Shown piece after piece: positions 22,858 through 35,462 of a DNA stretch of 64,000 nucleotides (positions are counted from its first letter, which is position 1; each line of letters begins with the position of its first letter). This stretch comes from Marsupella aquatica (lineage: Eukaryota; Plantae; Marchantiophyta). Position numbers and translations under genes: made by a program. Below the pieces are notes generated by a model, which had not been told where the DNA came from, did not search any database, and saw nothing but the letters and a program-made list of their open reading frames with translations. The stretch is taken from NCBI GenBank assembly GCA_973895155.1, contig OZ316892.1:9528283-9592282 (forward strand). Reading direction: 5' to 3'.

Positions 22858-25800
22858 TGCGAAGCACATTTGGGTGTAAATCCGTGACCATCATGATGGA
22901 TAGTTGCAGCTATCAATTTTGGTCCCGATCGAGGCCGTGTCATCCTTTAACAAATTGACGCCGACCAAGTACGTCTTTGACGAGAGATCTAAAGTTCACA
23001 AACCTAGATCAGTTACTCAAATATGACTCATTGAACTAACAAAAGAAATCTGATGCATGGATATGTTTTCCTGCCTAGCCCAAGCAAAGCAAGTGGGCCA
23101 GCTTCATGTAAATCAAACAAACACATGGAGGAAGGGCACTAACCTGTCGAGATGTTAACCATTCCTGGTGTTGCTTACTTCATGTGAATCCTCGTCATTT
23201 ACATAGATCGACGAAGCTTACTGAATAAGTAGAATGATACTATACCTGATCGAGGAGAACGAGCTTCCTCTCTCAATGTGGAATAGAAAACAAGCCTCAC
23301 TTACACTAGCTACCTTCTTCTCCTGCAGACTGACAATTCAAGAGCAAATACTCCTCGTTAATTGCCGCGTGATGACATATCCCCTATCCTCGCAACATTG
23401 GTCGAATCCGACAATGTGTACACTCACTCACCTAGCTACACCTCCAAACAGTTGTCGTGGGCAATGCAAATACGCCCCGTCAAATCACCATCGTGAGAAA
23501 AAATCTCCAATCCGTTGTTGCCTTGACTACACTTGTACCTATACCTGGCCGCATGCATGAATGCCGAGCTCTGTTCAAGAAAATCAAATATTGAGGTAGC
23601 TGAAAGAAGCACCCGTTTAATTGTTCAAACGTATTCCATATACGACATCTCGCATTCAAGCTGGGGGCTATTCAATAAACTAACGTAAACGACCCGCCAT
23701 GTCAGGTTTTCGAAGTCCTGAGATCACATTCTACAGTCTGAACTGTCATTTGGCTTCTAATTGCATCGATATACTCCATTGCCGCAAACCACCGTGAAGA
23801 AACGAATTCTAGTGCAAGGGAGCGGATTACCTCCCTTGATTGCCAAAACTGACGCTGGCTTTATATTAGGTTCAAATTTTGCCAATCGGCTGCTTGCAGT
23901 GCATTCAATTCATTATGGTACCGCCAGGTCCAGAAGACTTTAGGAGTCCGGTCGAAGGATATATTTCTTAGTATTGGAACTCAATAACATCAATGTGGAC
24001 CAACGCATCGTGGTACCAAGTTACGAACTCTTTTAATTTGTCAAGAGTGGATAAAGCACTGAAAAGTATCACGCAGGTATGGATCAAGAAAGCAATTCGT
24101 GAGTCACAAAGTAATAGATATACATAGGAAGGTCCAACCGCATCAAGACTCTAGAGTGCGGTCAGTGTTCCAACATCGAGTACTTGGCAACCGTGGAGGC
24201 TAGGGGAGGGTTCTGTTATCTGATCAATGTGGCGATGTACTAGTGAAATACAAACAAATGGATGGATCATGAAGCGCAGAGGCATCAAGTTGGTAGTTAA
24301 TTCTGGGGAACGACTTGAGAGAATCAAACAATGGAGTTGTCTAGAGGTCCAGAGCTAGCCATCAAGTCGGTGGCTGGGTCTGGGAATGCTCACGCATTAC
24401 CTATACCATGTGCTGCTGTCTGTCAATCCCTCTGGTGACACGAGTGCTGTATGTACCAACCGTAATTTTGTCCTCTCGAATTTCTGCATTGAAACTAACG
24501 TCGTCTGCCGCCTCAGACATCTGTTTTGGAAGGTGAATGTACAGGTTGCTGTACCGAGTGCACAAGTGAATACTAATCAAAGCCTCGTCATCATGGTTCT
24601 AACAACAAAAACAGCCTGCCTGGAACGACAGAAAGGGGAGGGCCTGACAATTTCCACGATAGCTAGTTTCCCAATATGCTCTCAAATTGTAAGGCTGCAC
24701 ATGGCGAGCTCAAATTATAATTTACTGCTCTCATAAACCCTGCAGACGTCCCTACATGCATGATGATACTTGCAACCGATGACTCGATCAGCAGTTGCAC
24801 TCCTGGTACAATCATGATCAATCTCGTGATCCGACCTCCATGTGTATCATAATGTTCGACACTTCGACACATTCATTCTACTCGATCGCACAACCACTAC
24901 CGCGTCTACTGCATTTCGTACTTTCGTACCTACTGATGTGATGTTCTTCACGGATATGAGACGAATAGATGGACTTACTCTTTGAACGGGCGCACTCCAG
25001 GTATACATGTAGTATTGTAGTGGAATGAGACAGACTGCCACAATGTTCGGGGCCAGCACTAGTGAGACTTTCAAACTCGAAAACGAAGTTAAGATTAATC
25101 GTATTCTGGTAGCCAGAGAGAGCTGGAGGTCATGAGTACACCTAAGTTAGAACATGTTGAGATGAAATCCTTAGGTGCATCTCGAGTGAGCTGGATATTC
25201 GGAACTAGCTTTAACACTAGATCCATACGAAGCGTACCATAGAATAATGACAGTAGCTTAAACGAGAATCTTCTGCTTACTTACCAAAATGCTTACAATC
25301 AATAATGTTTTGGTCGTGTAACATTACCTCTAGAATTAATTGGATGGTAAGTAAGAATAGAGTCTAAGTTCAGCTCAATTGCGGGAGTGATGCCGGCACT
25401 GTCCTGAAGACAGTATAATCTCTCATTAAAGGCGGACTGGATGCTGTCAACAGAGGTCCATATATTCTCTTAACTCCAGATATCCTTGGACTATGCATTG
25501 ACACTTAGTATTCGGCCGGGTCTTCTGTAATGGCTTTTAGCATGAAGGATGATTGTATGTGAATTACCAGAGTGGAGGAAGATTACGGACGGGGAGCGGA
25601 GTTTTTTATGATGTTGACCTACTCTGAGTCTGTCGTTTTAAGGAATTCTGGTTTACGGGACTGAATACCCGTAAGCTTGTGCGTATTTCCTGGAGAAAGT
25701 TTAAAGCTCATGCCCATACGGACACACAGTCCACTATGGCCAACGGAAAATCACTGACTCTCCTCATAATTGCTCGAAAATGGTTAGAAGGACAAGCTGT

Positions 25801-27485
25801 ATTGATTAATTAAATGTCGGTCTACATCCACTCCTCTCAATGCACGCGCGAAAGGTTTCAGCCAATCCAGTAGTGTCGCGTGCACAATGCCCTTTTGTGT
25901 CATCATCAAAGCAGCTGATGGGCGGTCGAGGTCAAGGGAGTGCTGCTGGCCACTGTACGGTATGGTTCCGTACCCGAAACCATCCAAAGGTCCATCGGCT
26001 CGATCTGCATATCATATGAGAAAATGATCGCGCTATTTTAATAATTAGAGATACTCCTGGGACTGGATGACGGGCCAGACTTCTTGAGTCCAGAGCCAGC
26101 GCAGATATCTATCTGATCTTTGTTCGAGCCAATCAGTCGGGTCCTTACATCCTGCGCCTCATTCCTCAATCCTACAATATTGGCCTGCAAAGAAATCTAG
26201 AAAGTTGACGTTCGTATTGTAGAACTCCCGCGTTGCAACGTATAACAGCAAAAGAAATTTAGCTCAAAGGTTCATAGGAATTCCTCTCACAAAGGCAAGA
26301 ACCTGTCTCCGACCCCACTTTCGACTGATTCTGAGCAGTACTCTCATTCTTTCACAGCTTGATAATGTGAAAGTTTAGGGAGTTCAGACTTGGCAGCTAG
26401 CACTAAATTGGCATAGCAATCGCCATCGAGGGGATCCTCAATTCGAAGGCGGCAGGAGATTACCAATCCTGAGCTACCGTGAGCCGTGAAGTACACCACT
26501 ACTCAAGGCAGGTACGTCGTCTCGTTCTGAGTTTGTGAATGCTCACGGCTCCTGGCTAACAACAAGTGAAATTAATATCTCTGAATAGCTGACCAATTCC
26601 GAAAAGCCCTTAAATTATTGAGATACCTGATCGTCCAGTCAGGGCATTCTATTGCAATTTCTCATGATTCTTCAACGGGTACTACTCAGGGACGGAGAAA
26701 TCTGAGACTGGAAGAATTTTAATCGAACTATTTAATTTAACCATCCTAAACCCCTCTAGCTTCAGCAGTCTGATATGCTGTAATCATGTTTTAATTTATC
26801 AACGGTAGCAAACGTGGCGGGAGGAGAACCCAATGAGGGAGCACAGAAGTACAGTACCTAATATCTAATATATTTGACGGTAATTATCATCAATGTAGTT
26901 GGTACTTGGTGAAGCTCGGACTGTAATTAAGGCTACAAGACTGACCATTTCCCATTTTTTCTCTTGAATGATTCGATTTTGATACTTCACACGATCAATA
27001 ATTATGTTTGAATTTAGATCAGAAATGCCCTATTTTTCCCGGGACCAGGAGGTGGATGCCCGAAAATGACGAGGGGTTTGCAGCAGACAAATCCACTCGT
27101 TCGATCAAATAATCTCCAGGAGTAGATAATCTCAAAATTTGAAGAGTGGTAAATTTGAAATGTGGACCCGTCACGTATTGTTCTGGACATCTATTCTGTT
27201 TAGCGTTTTAGTCTAAAATAGTCATGTCTGTTAAGATTTTGAGCAATGAGTGCATGGTAGCAATGCTGTGACTTCCACTGTACATTGTTGGTGATAAACA
27301 GTTCAGATAATTGAGGAACCGAAGGCGTACAGACTGGGGCTATCGAGATTGCACGGTCTTTCGTCGGGACAACTGGACAATTCAGAATTTGTTCTCGAGT
27401 TTTCGAAAGACAAATCCTTTATGTTCACTGACGAATGTATGCGCGATGTCTTGAGGCTGCAGGGCTCCAATAGTTCGTGGTCAAG

Positions 27486-29646
27486 ATGGCCAAACAAATG
27501 GGGAGAAGCTCGATTCGCCTGGTTGGGATGCTGATTCTTGCAACAGCGTTACTCACGGAGTGCGACAAGCTCCTCAGCGTCCGCTTGATGATCATCTTTG
27601 GAGACTCAACTGTGGATGTTGGTACGAACAACTACATAGATACGTTGGTGAAAAGCAATTTCCAACCATATGGTCGAGACTGCAGCCAGGTTGGAAGTGG
27701 TCGCTTTTCAAATGGCCTTCTGGTCCTTGATTTCCTAGGTACAGTAAGCTGGCCTTCTAGATATAATTGTCTTCAGGCTTTGTCATTTCCATTCTCCCGG
27801 TTTGTTTTCGTGATGTGTGCCAAACAGTTTTCTTTCCTCGGCCACGTACCGACGAATGCATGCTTCTTCAATAACCTTCATAAGAGTACATGCTCGGTTG
27901 CTCAGTCCCATTCTTTCGCCAGCTCGTTTCGACCTGGTCTGGTTATCAATCGAGCTACTTGTTACTCTCTGAAAATATCTGGGCATCATAAAATATCCAG
28001 CCTACTCATTCCGGAAGTCTAATCTGCTGCACAATCTGGTCGGGCACATGAAGTATGACACATGGATGCTATCTGGGGTCTCTTCAAGGACCGCTCACAT
28101 CCCACATTTTTCGTAGTTTGTTCTTTCCACAAAGAGTATGCCTACCAGACTGCCTAGCTAGCGAGCTATCTTGCAGTCTAGAGTTGGTCGATATAGCCCC
28201 AGAAACGGCTAGCTATATATCTATGCAGACTCGGAGTGACTTCAGCAGGATACGCTAGTATTTGTCAACTACAGTATGAACCGGTACGAGTCATCAATTC
28301 AACGGCAAGTGATCTCCTGTTCTTTGTAAATGAATGCAGCTCAAGGACTTGGTATGGAATCGCCTCTCGCATTCCTGGACCCAGAAGCTAAAGGGGAGAA
28401 GCTATCGCGCGGCATCAACTTTGCATCAGCTGGTTCTGGTTTCCTTGACTCTACTGCAGAGATACTACAAGTAAGATCCTTCAAGCAACAATTGCAAGAC
28501 TTCAAAATCTACACAAGCAACTTGATTGCGCTTGTTGGTCCAAGCCAAGCAGCGGACATGTTGTCCGATGCATTATATGTCATGAGCACAGGGAGCAATG
28601 ACTGGGCCAACAACTACTTTCTTGTGGAGAGAGACAGGTACACCGTTCCAGAATGGCAAGAGCAGATGCGAAGCTCTGCATCTGAGTACCTGCAGGTGAG
28701 ACCCATTTCACGGCTCTGTAAAGAGTAGTCCAGTCTCCAGTTCTACAGGAAACGCTAACAGCAAAACGACATTCAACATTATCATTTTCTGGCTGTTCCT
28801 TTGTGCGTCTTTACTACTGAGTCATTAGCGCTACTGATTTGTTCCGATCGAAGACTTTGAATGATGAAATCTGTTCTAGCAGGAAATTTACAACTCAGGA
28901 GCTCGAAGGTTTTTGGTGGCTTCACTTCCAGCGCTCGGATGCATACCATCCGCGATATCACTTTTCGGGGAGGGCAACAACGGTTGCGTCAACTACATCA
29001 ACGAGGCGGCCGTCAGCACGAACCTGGCCATCGAGAGCACAATCACGAACCTCTTAAGCACCAGCATGCCCGGAGTTAAATTGCTCATCGTGGATATTTA
29101 CACCGACCTACTTCACACATCTCAGAATCCCTCCGCTTACGGTTGTAGCCATCACTAACGTCTCCCTTGTGTTATTACGAGTGAAGTTTCCTGCTGTTCC
29201 AGAAATGCTGAAATAAGTACTCTAGTCGAAATGGAGGTTTGTTGGAGGACATAATTTGTTTCATGGTTTTCACGCCTTAATAATTACCCAATGGACAGCC
29301 GAGGCACTCATACCTTTCGGACTACGTCTTTCACTTCGAGATTGGAGCTATTCGGAATGTTCACGTCGATATCCGTGTAATTATGCGCAGAGGGAAAAAT
29401 GAGAGAATTCTGCTGACTCTTTGATTGGACTTGACGGTCTCTGGGGCAGGTTTTGAGGAGGCTCGGATTGCTTGTTGTGGTACGGGTACAATTGAGGTGG
29501 CAATTCTGTGCAATGCAGATAGCCCTGGTACCTGTAAGGATGCATCGAAGTACATCTACTTTGACAGCTTTCACCCTTCCCAGAAATTTTACTCCATGGT
29601 GGCTAATAAGGCAATCCCCCAGATTATATCAAAGGTTTTGAGTTGA
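27486..29646 (+). CDS. GDSL esterase/lipase, 4 exons (27486-27738, 28340-28695, 28883-29141, 29450-29646)
   Basis: Signal peptide, IFGDSTVDVG, PYGRD, GRFSNG, GINFASAGSG, STGSNDW, LGCIP, ACCGTG and FDSFHPS (DxxH). Canonical GT-AG introns in consistent phase. Confidence 0.95.
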
Positions 29647-30402
29647 CAAACCGAGGTGGATCAGTCCAACTAGCCATCAACCGTGATCTCGTGGTTCAGC
29701 TATTTGAAATGTAAGATTCAGCACTCAACAATAATCTAGGTGCAAGATTACTTCAGATGATCCAGGAAGAACTAGTGTGAGTACCTGGCTGGTACTTTGT
29801 CACGCTTTGAATTGAATTGTTGTATATAAGCTCATCTTCGAAACGTTCAAAATGGGGCAGCCAGACAGTATCATCTGTTGTGATTTCAGAAGTGAAATTA
29901 AGAGGCCCACCAAATATACGGACTGCGTGTTTGCCAAATGGTTTCCAGATGGGACAGACCCACAGAAACAGTCACTAGTTTGGAATCTCCCTAAACCCTC
30001 AGTGCTGAGAGACCTCCGAATTATTTCACTCCTATGGTTCTTAAGTGAGCCTGATAGCATCTCGAGTCAGTACATGAGACTCGGCTAGATTATTTGAATG
30101 CACATGATGCGGGTCACATAATTTGCACCCGGAAAGAATTTGACACGTACTCATAATGTCACCAAGGGAGGCTCCATCTGAACAACTCCACGCATAGGAA
30201 GTACTGTAGGTGTCCATTTAGTAAAAACTTTTAGCCCAATACTTCCAATAGAAAATCACTCTGCTAAACTGCTCACTTCTCCTGAAGTCAACAGCTCAGT
30301 TGAAAAACCTTGGATCAGGTGTTAGGAAGGTGCTGAGTCATGACAGGCAGGTGGATGACTGAACCAATAATCGGTCGTGGAGAAAAAGCAGAGTCAGAAG
30401 GT

Positions 30403-31807
30403 CTATTGCTGTCGTTTGGCCAGCAGCGCTACACTCACTTGCTTGAGGCCCTCCCCAATGTTGTTCAAGGCCTTAACATACCCATTACCCAGCTCCATGG
30501 TGCCCCTAAACCGTTCCTTCACGAATTTCAGCTTGATCGTTTCCATTGCCATGTCCTCCTTGTGCCTTTTATCTTTCCTCTCTTCTGACTTTATCATAGC
30601 ATCAACAATCTTCTTATTGTTCCTCTCTAGGACCGGGGCCATTTGGTCAACTAACATTGGCGAACACTTGCGTTTTCTTAAGGCGATCGGTCCATTCATA
30701 TTATCGGCATCATCACCGTCGGAATCTGAAAATGTCTTGTTGCTCCCAGCTGTGTTATCTGGACTTCCTCCTGCTCCTGTATCACATCCGTAGGAACATG
30801 CTACCAAAAACATTCAGTTTATTTCCACCCTTCCTCGGGGGAAACAGTGGTCTATTAAAAACATTGACGAATAAAATGCAGTCCGGAGGGCAAAAAAGGT
30901 TAATCAGAAAATATGGAGAGTGGGAAGGAAGACAAAATCAAAGGAACCCAACAAACAATCCGGAAGATACAGTGGACTCATTGGTGTACAGAAGGCCCAA
31001 TAAATGTCAAAAAGTGTCACAACACTGCGGGAAGAGGGGATTGAAGCTGTGTGTGTGCACTGAAAATCTCTCCAACACAGATACTCGAAAGAACATGCGA
31101 GGAAAAGGATATAGACTATTCCTTGATCAAGTGTTGTGCCCAAAGTACCATATGGGCAGTCCAGAGCTTACTATTGAGGAAAAATAATTCAAGACGGAGT
31201 ATGAAGCCATTTACTTTAGGAGATATTGAAAATGATTTCCACATGAGCATGGCATCCAAAGCTTACCGATTCGCAGAACTGGGACTGGAGTGGAAGTATC
31301 AACGGCCAGCTCCCCAGGGTCCGTTGCTTTGCTTTTGCCGTACCATTCAGTGAGGGATTGGAAAACCTCCTTGTAGAAGTTCCGGGGAAGACGGTGCTTC
31401 GTCCTCTCGTCCCCAAGCATCTCCCAGTAGGACCTCCGTCCACCCGGGATATTCTTCTCATAATCATTCACCTTTTTGAACTCGGAGGCTAGAAGCTCCC
31501 ACTTATCCTGGCATTGCTGCGCGCTCTTCTGTACACCTTGAGCCCAGCAATAATCCTCGATCCACTGCCATCTCTCTACTGCTGTCTTCTTCTTCTCCTT
31601 CGACCCACCCTTGTTCGGCCTGTTAAAATCTTCCCGTCTGGCAGCCTGGAGGATAACCATCTCTTCTGGAGTCCAGTTGCTCTTCTTGTATGCCCGACCC
31701 TTCCTTGAACCCTCCGGATCCCCAAACAGCACATCATCGTCTGTGTCCTTGCTCTGATCATCACCCACTTTGCGAGGGTCACCCATCCCGACCTCTTCGC
31801 TCGTCAT
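30403..31807 (-). CDS. Trihelix Myb/SANT-like DNA-binding protein (ASR3/SH4-like, possibly Harbinger-derived), exons 31807-31267 and 30800-30403
   Basis: NWTPEEMVIL...RWQWIEDYCW..GVQKSAQQCQDKWE.L..EFKKV.DYE...SYWEM...R....LP. In-phase gtaagc...ggtag intron and a C-terminal coiled coil. Confidence 0.8.
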
Positions 31808-34151
31808 GCCAACCGGGAATACACAGAGAAAATGCCAATCTGCCAGATCGAAGAATTTTTTGAGGGAATTGCGTTCAACCTTGGAATTCCAGAACACTCT
31901 TTCAAGGAAAATATATTTTCCTCGTCACACGAACCCTAACCTTTCTGCATACCTCTGCTTATCACTCGATCCAAAATGATCTAGTGATCGAGACAAAGTC
32001 GGTGCTCCCTCTCTCTTCTTGTTCTCCCTCCTGTTTCGGTCTGCCTCTTGCGCGCCTTCGCACCTTCCCCAGCTCCTCGTCAGCCATCTTTGGGGCCAGA
32101 ATTGCACGAAAAACCTCCACATAGCCGCTTCAAACCCTCTAATACTGACAGTGCCTCATACCAACGGCAACCCTTCAGCCTTCCGAGGTTCACGAGGGAA
32201 ATGCTCCTCGTTTTTTAAGCTTAGACAGTAAAATGGCATCAAGTTACCCGCGACAACCTTTTCCACCTCACATTCGCTCTACTTTCTTTGCCATGACCCT
32301 CCCAAAAGTCCTACAACCATTAATTGCTAGGTACTTCTAAAATCCACGGCTCATTTCCCGGCCTCGTCAGGCAACACAAATTGGACATCAAAGTCCTCCT
32401 CTGACTAACTAAACCACCTCGCCTCGGTTCCCTCAAATCCGTCTTGGTACAAAAGTCGGGGCTTCCTTAGCTTGCTCTCTTCTGTTGTCCAACCCAAGCT
32501 ACCTCATCTCCGTGTTTGCAATGAGAACCATTAACACCATCAAAACCCTGGCAGCCACTTCTCTTCGTCTACTACCTCTCTACTCGTAGCATGGGGAAAT
32601 CGCTGCTGCTCAATTCTCCTTCCTCACGTGACCCGTTGCCACCGTCGGAAGTCCTTTTCGCCAACCAAAAATTTGCAGAACAAAAGTTTCCAATCTGCAG
32701 AATGCCCCACTTGACAGTTTGTTGGTCAGACGGGGATGGGCTCCCTGCTGCGCCGCTTTGCTGCTGACGCTCCTGCAAATTGATACCGGATTTCATTGTC
32801 AGTGCACCAACGAATTAACAATCAATTAAGGTACGACCAACCTGGCCTGACATGGAATATAGAGTAGAAAGAAGTAAATAATCCCACCCTTTTCCTCTTC
32901 AAGGCTTAACCCCAACACGCTCTCTAGTTTACCACTGTAGTTTCGAGATTCACATCCGCTCCCTCCCCTGATTGATGGTCCCTCCACCTTTTCGTCCCCA
33001 ATGCACACTTCCCCTTGATGGTCCCTCCACCCTTTCGTCACCAATTCACACTCCCTGACTCCCCACCTCGAAGTACTGTACAACATAAACATTGTCAGAC
33101 ACCAAATTGAGAGACAAACAGGACACTGCTCTATCCTCCGTCCCCCTGAGTACGTCCTATGCAAAGAAATGAAGGAAGTTGGGTAGAGACGGAACTGAAC
33201 AGAAAGTAAAACACAATCAACTGACAAAAACAGGAAAGCGCCAACTACATCAAATTACAATCAGAATTGATGAGGAAAACACAGTCAACTGACAAAGAAA
33301 GGAAAGACCCAACTACATCAAATTACACTCATCACGAGAACAAAGAATTGAGGAGAAAAGCATCAAAGGGGATTATCGTACTGCGGTAAGTTTGTCTCTC
33401 TTACAAGCGCCCCACACCACTGCAATGCAGAATCAAAACTCTCTGGACCTCCGACGTACACAAACCCACACAGGGAGTCAACAAAATCCACGGCTAACCC
33501 AAATCTCCATACTCAATCCTCGGGATTACTCCTCCTGGGGATTGACTCTCGAGAGGGGATTGCCTGAGAGTAATGGGAAGAGAAACCGGAAAAAGGGGTG
33601 ACAGATATATATATCACAGTGCCCAAGGGCCCAAAGGGGTGACAGAGGGAAGAAAGGCGGCGATCGGTGAGAAACGAGCCCTGCAGCTGGGTGTGTGGCG
33701 GGCGGCGCGGGTTCTGCCCCACCATGAGGCACGGGGGAACTTCCTCTCTCTGGTGCCCACGGCGCTTTTGCAACTTTTGCACCAGCATGATTGCTCTTCT
33801 ATAAAATAGTGATGTTGTGAGCAAGTTAATCAAGCTCCGGTTAATGCTACGGTAGGATGAGATCTGGACCTCAAATTTCTGTTTTAAAGTTCGATGAGAT
33901 CTATGCTTTAGAAGTTTATATTTACTAAATCACCATTGGCATTTTATAAAGAGAAAATGGATAAAAAAATTCCCTGATTTCTAATCATTGTTCGCCTCTG
34001 CTATGTCATCCTCTTCCCCCATTTCATATCAAATTCCCCTCTTACATGTAGTGTTAGCTGGTGGATCCAGTGGAGGTCTACTGGCCATCTGTAAGGAAAG
34101 TGTTGAAGAATTCCCCCTTTTTTCCATATTCCACTCACTCCTTTCCTCTAC

Positions 34152-34353
34152 TGTGCCAATATGCTCTAAGATTTCAAGAAAAAGTTATTAATGGTGAAAC
34201 CTGGTGTATGTAAGTTTTGTGGCTGGTGGCAATTTCATAAGAACTACTGCAGTTTCAACCCGTGTGCCAATATGCTCTAAGATTTCAAGAAAAGGGTATT
34301 AATGGTGAAACCTGCTGTATCTAAGGCTTGTGGCTGGTGGCAATTTCATAAGA
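34152..34353. repeat. Direct repeat, ~90 bp unit, ~112 bp period
   Basis: tgtgccaatatgctctaagatttcaagaaaa...gtggctggtggcaatttcataaga at ~34152 and ~34264. Confidence 0.85.
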
Positions 34354-35462
34354 CACAAACAACCCGAATTCTTAATTCTGGGCATGGGTAACGGCTCTCC
34401 CCAAGTAACTGGCCCACTCCACAAATAACATTTCCTTTCAATAAACTCTAAGCTATCCAAATTTTGCCCTCTCTGCAATTAGATCCCCTATTGTCGGAGG
34501 AGATGGATCCCACTGGTGACCCTCAATTCGAGCCTTCAAATTTCAGATCTTAAAAGTAGACAGTGCAATGTTCAAAGAATGCCTTGTTTTATGGTGCTTC
34601 AACTAGAGCATGGATTTCGAGTAAAAATCTCACACCCTAAACCAAATTTGAAGGTTTAGATGGTGGTCTCGTCCAAATTTTCTTTCTGTTTTCTCCATCC
34701 AGACTTCTGAAAGGTTTGGATGGAGATTGCATCCAGGTTTTTCTTCCCTCTGTTTTCCCATCCAGGCTTATGACTCCGGAAATACAAAACACGCCTTCTA
34801 AGGAATTGCTTGGGAAGACATGCAGGACTGTTTTTCAGGCGGTGCCAAAGCCAGCATAGAATGAAGCTAACGTTTAACATCCCGTTTCACCTGAACTGAG
34901 GGTGACAAAATGACCCCTTTCCCCGACTGCTTATAGTTTCTTAGGGAGATTTTTACTTATTATGGGGTCGGCTGAGTTGCACTTGTCTGGACCAGTTTAT
35001 TCGCTGAGTTCTCTCTAAGTTTATTGTATTTCAACACCAGAGACTCACAACTATAGGGTTGCTATGTTTTTATTGTCAATCATCATTACCCCAAACTGGT
35101 CTTCATCTCAAAGTCTCAGACTAGACTCCCTCACTTGATAATCTGGGTCATCAGAATAAATACCCAACGTTCGTTTGTTTTGGCTACGAGCCATTTTGAA
35201 TTTAAGCATTAGCAGAAGCATTCCATTCTGCACCTATTCAATTTTGTTCAAACCACTTGGCCCTGTACTTTTGGGGACCGAAACGCCATTAACAGACGGG
35301 TTGGCCCTTATTGAGTAGTGGCAAGATCTTGATGTTCAACTGAAGTGGCATGCCAACACGATGTAGCGTAAGATGAATGAATCCCAGCCAGTTCGACTAG
35401 TTGTGTACAAAGAATTGTAGATCAATTATCGATGTATTGCAACCGAGCAAGACATTCTTCTC

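Noticed and set aside
22900-27300. Short ORFs in a 4-kb stretch of balanced composition
   Set aside because: No motifs, splice-consistent exon chain or repeats recognised; treated as intergenic.
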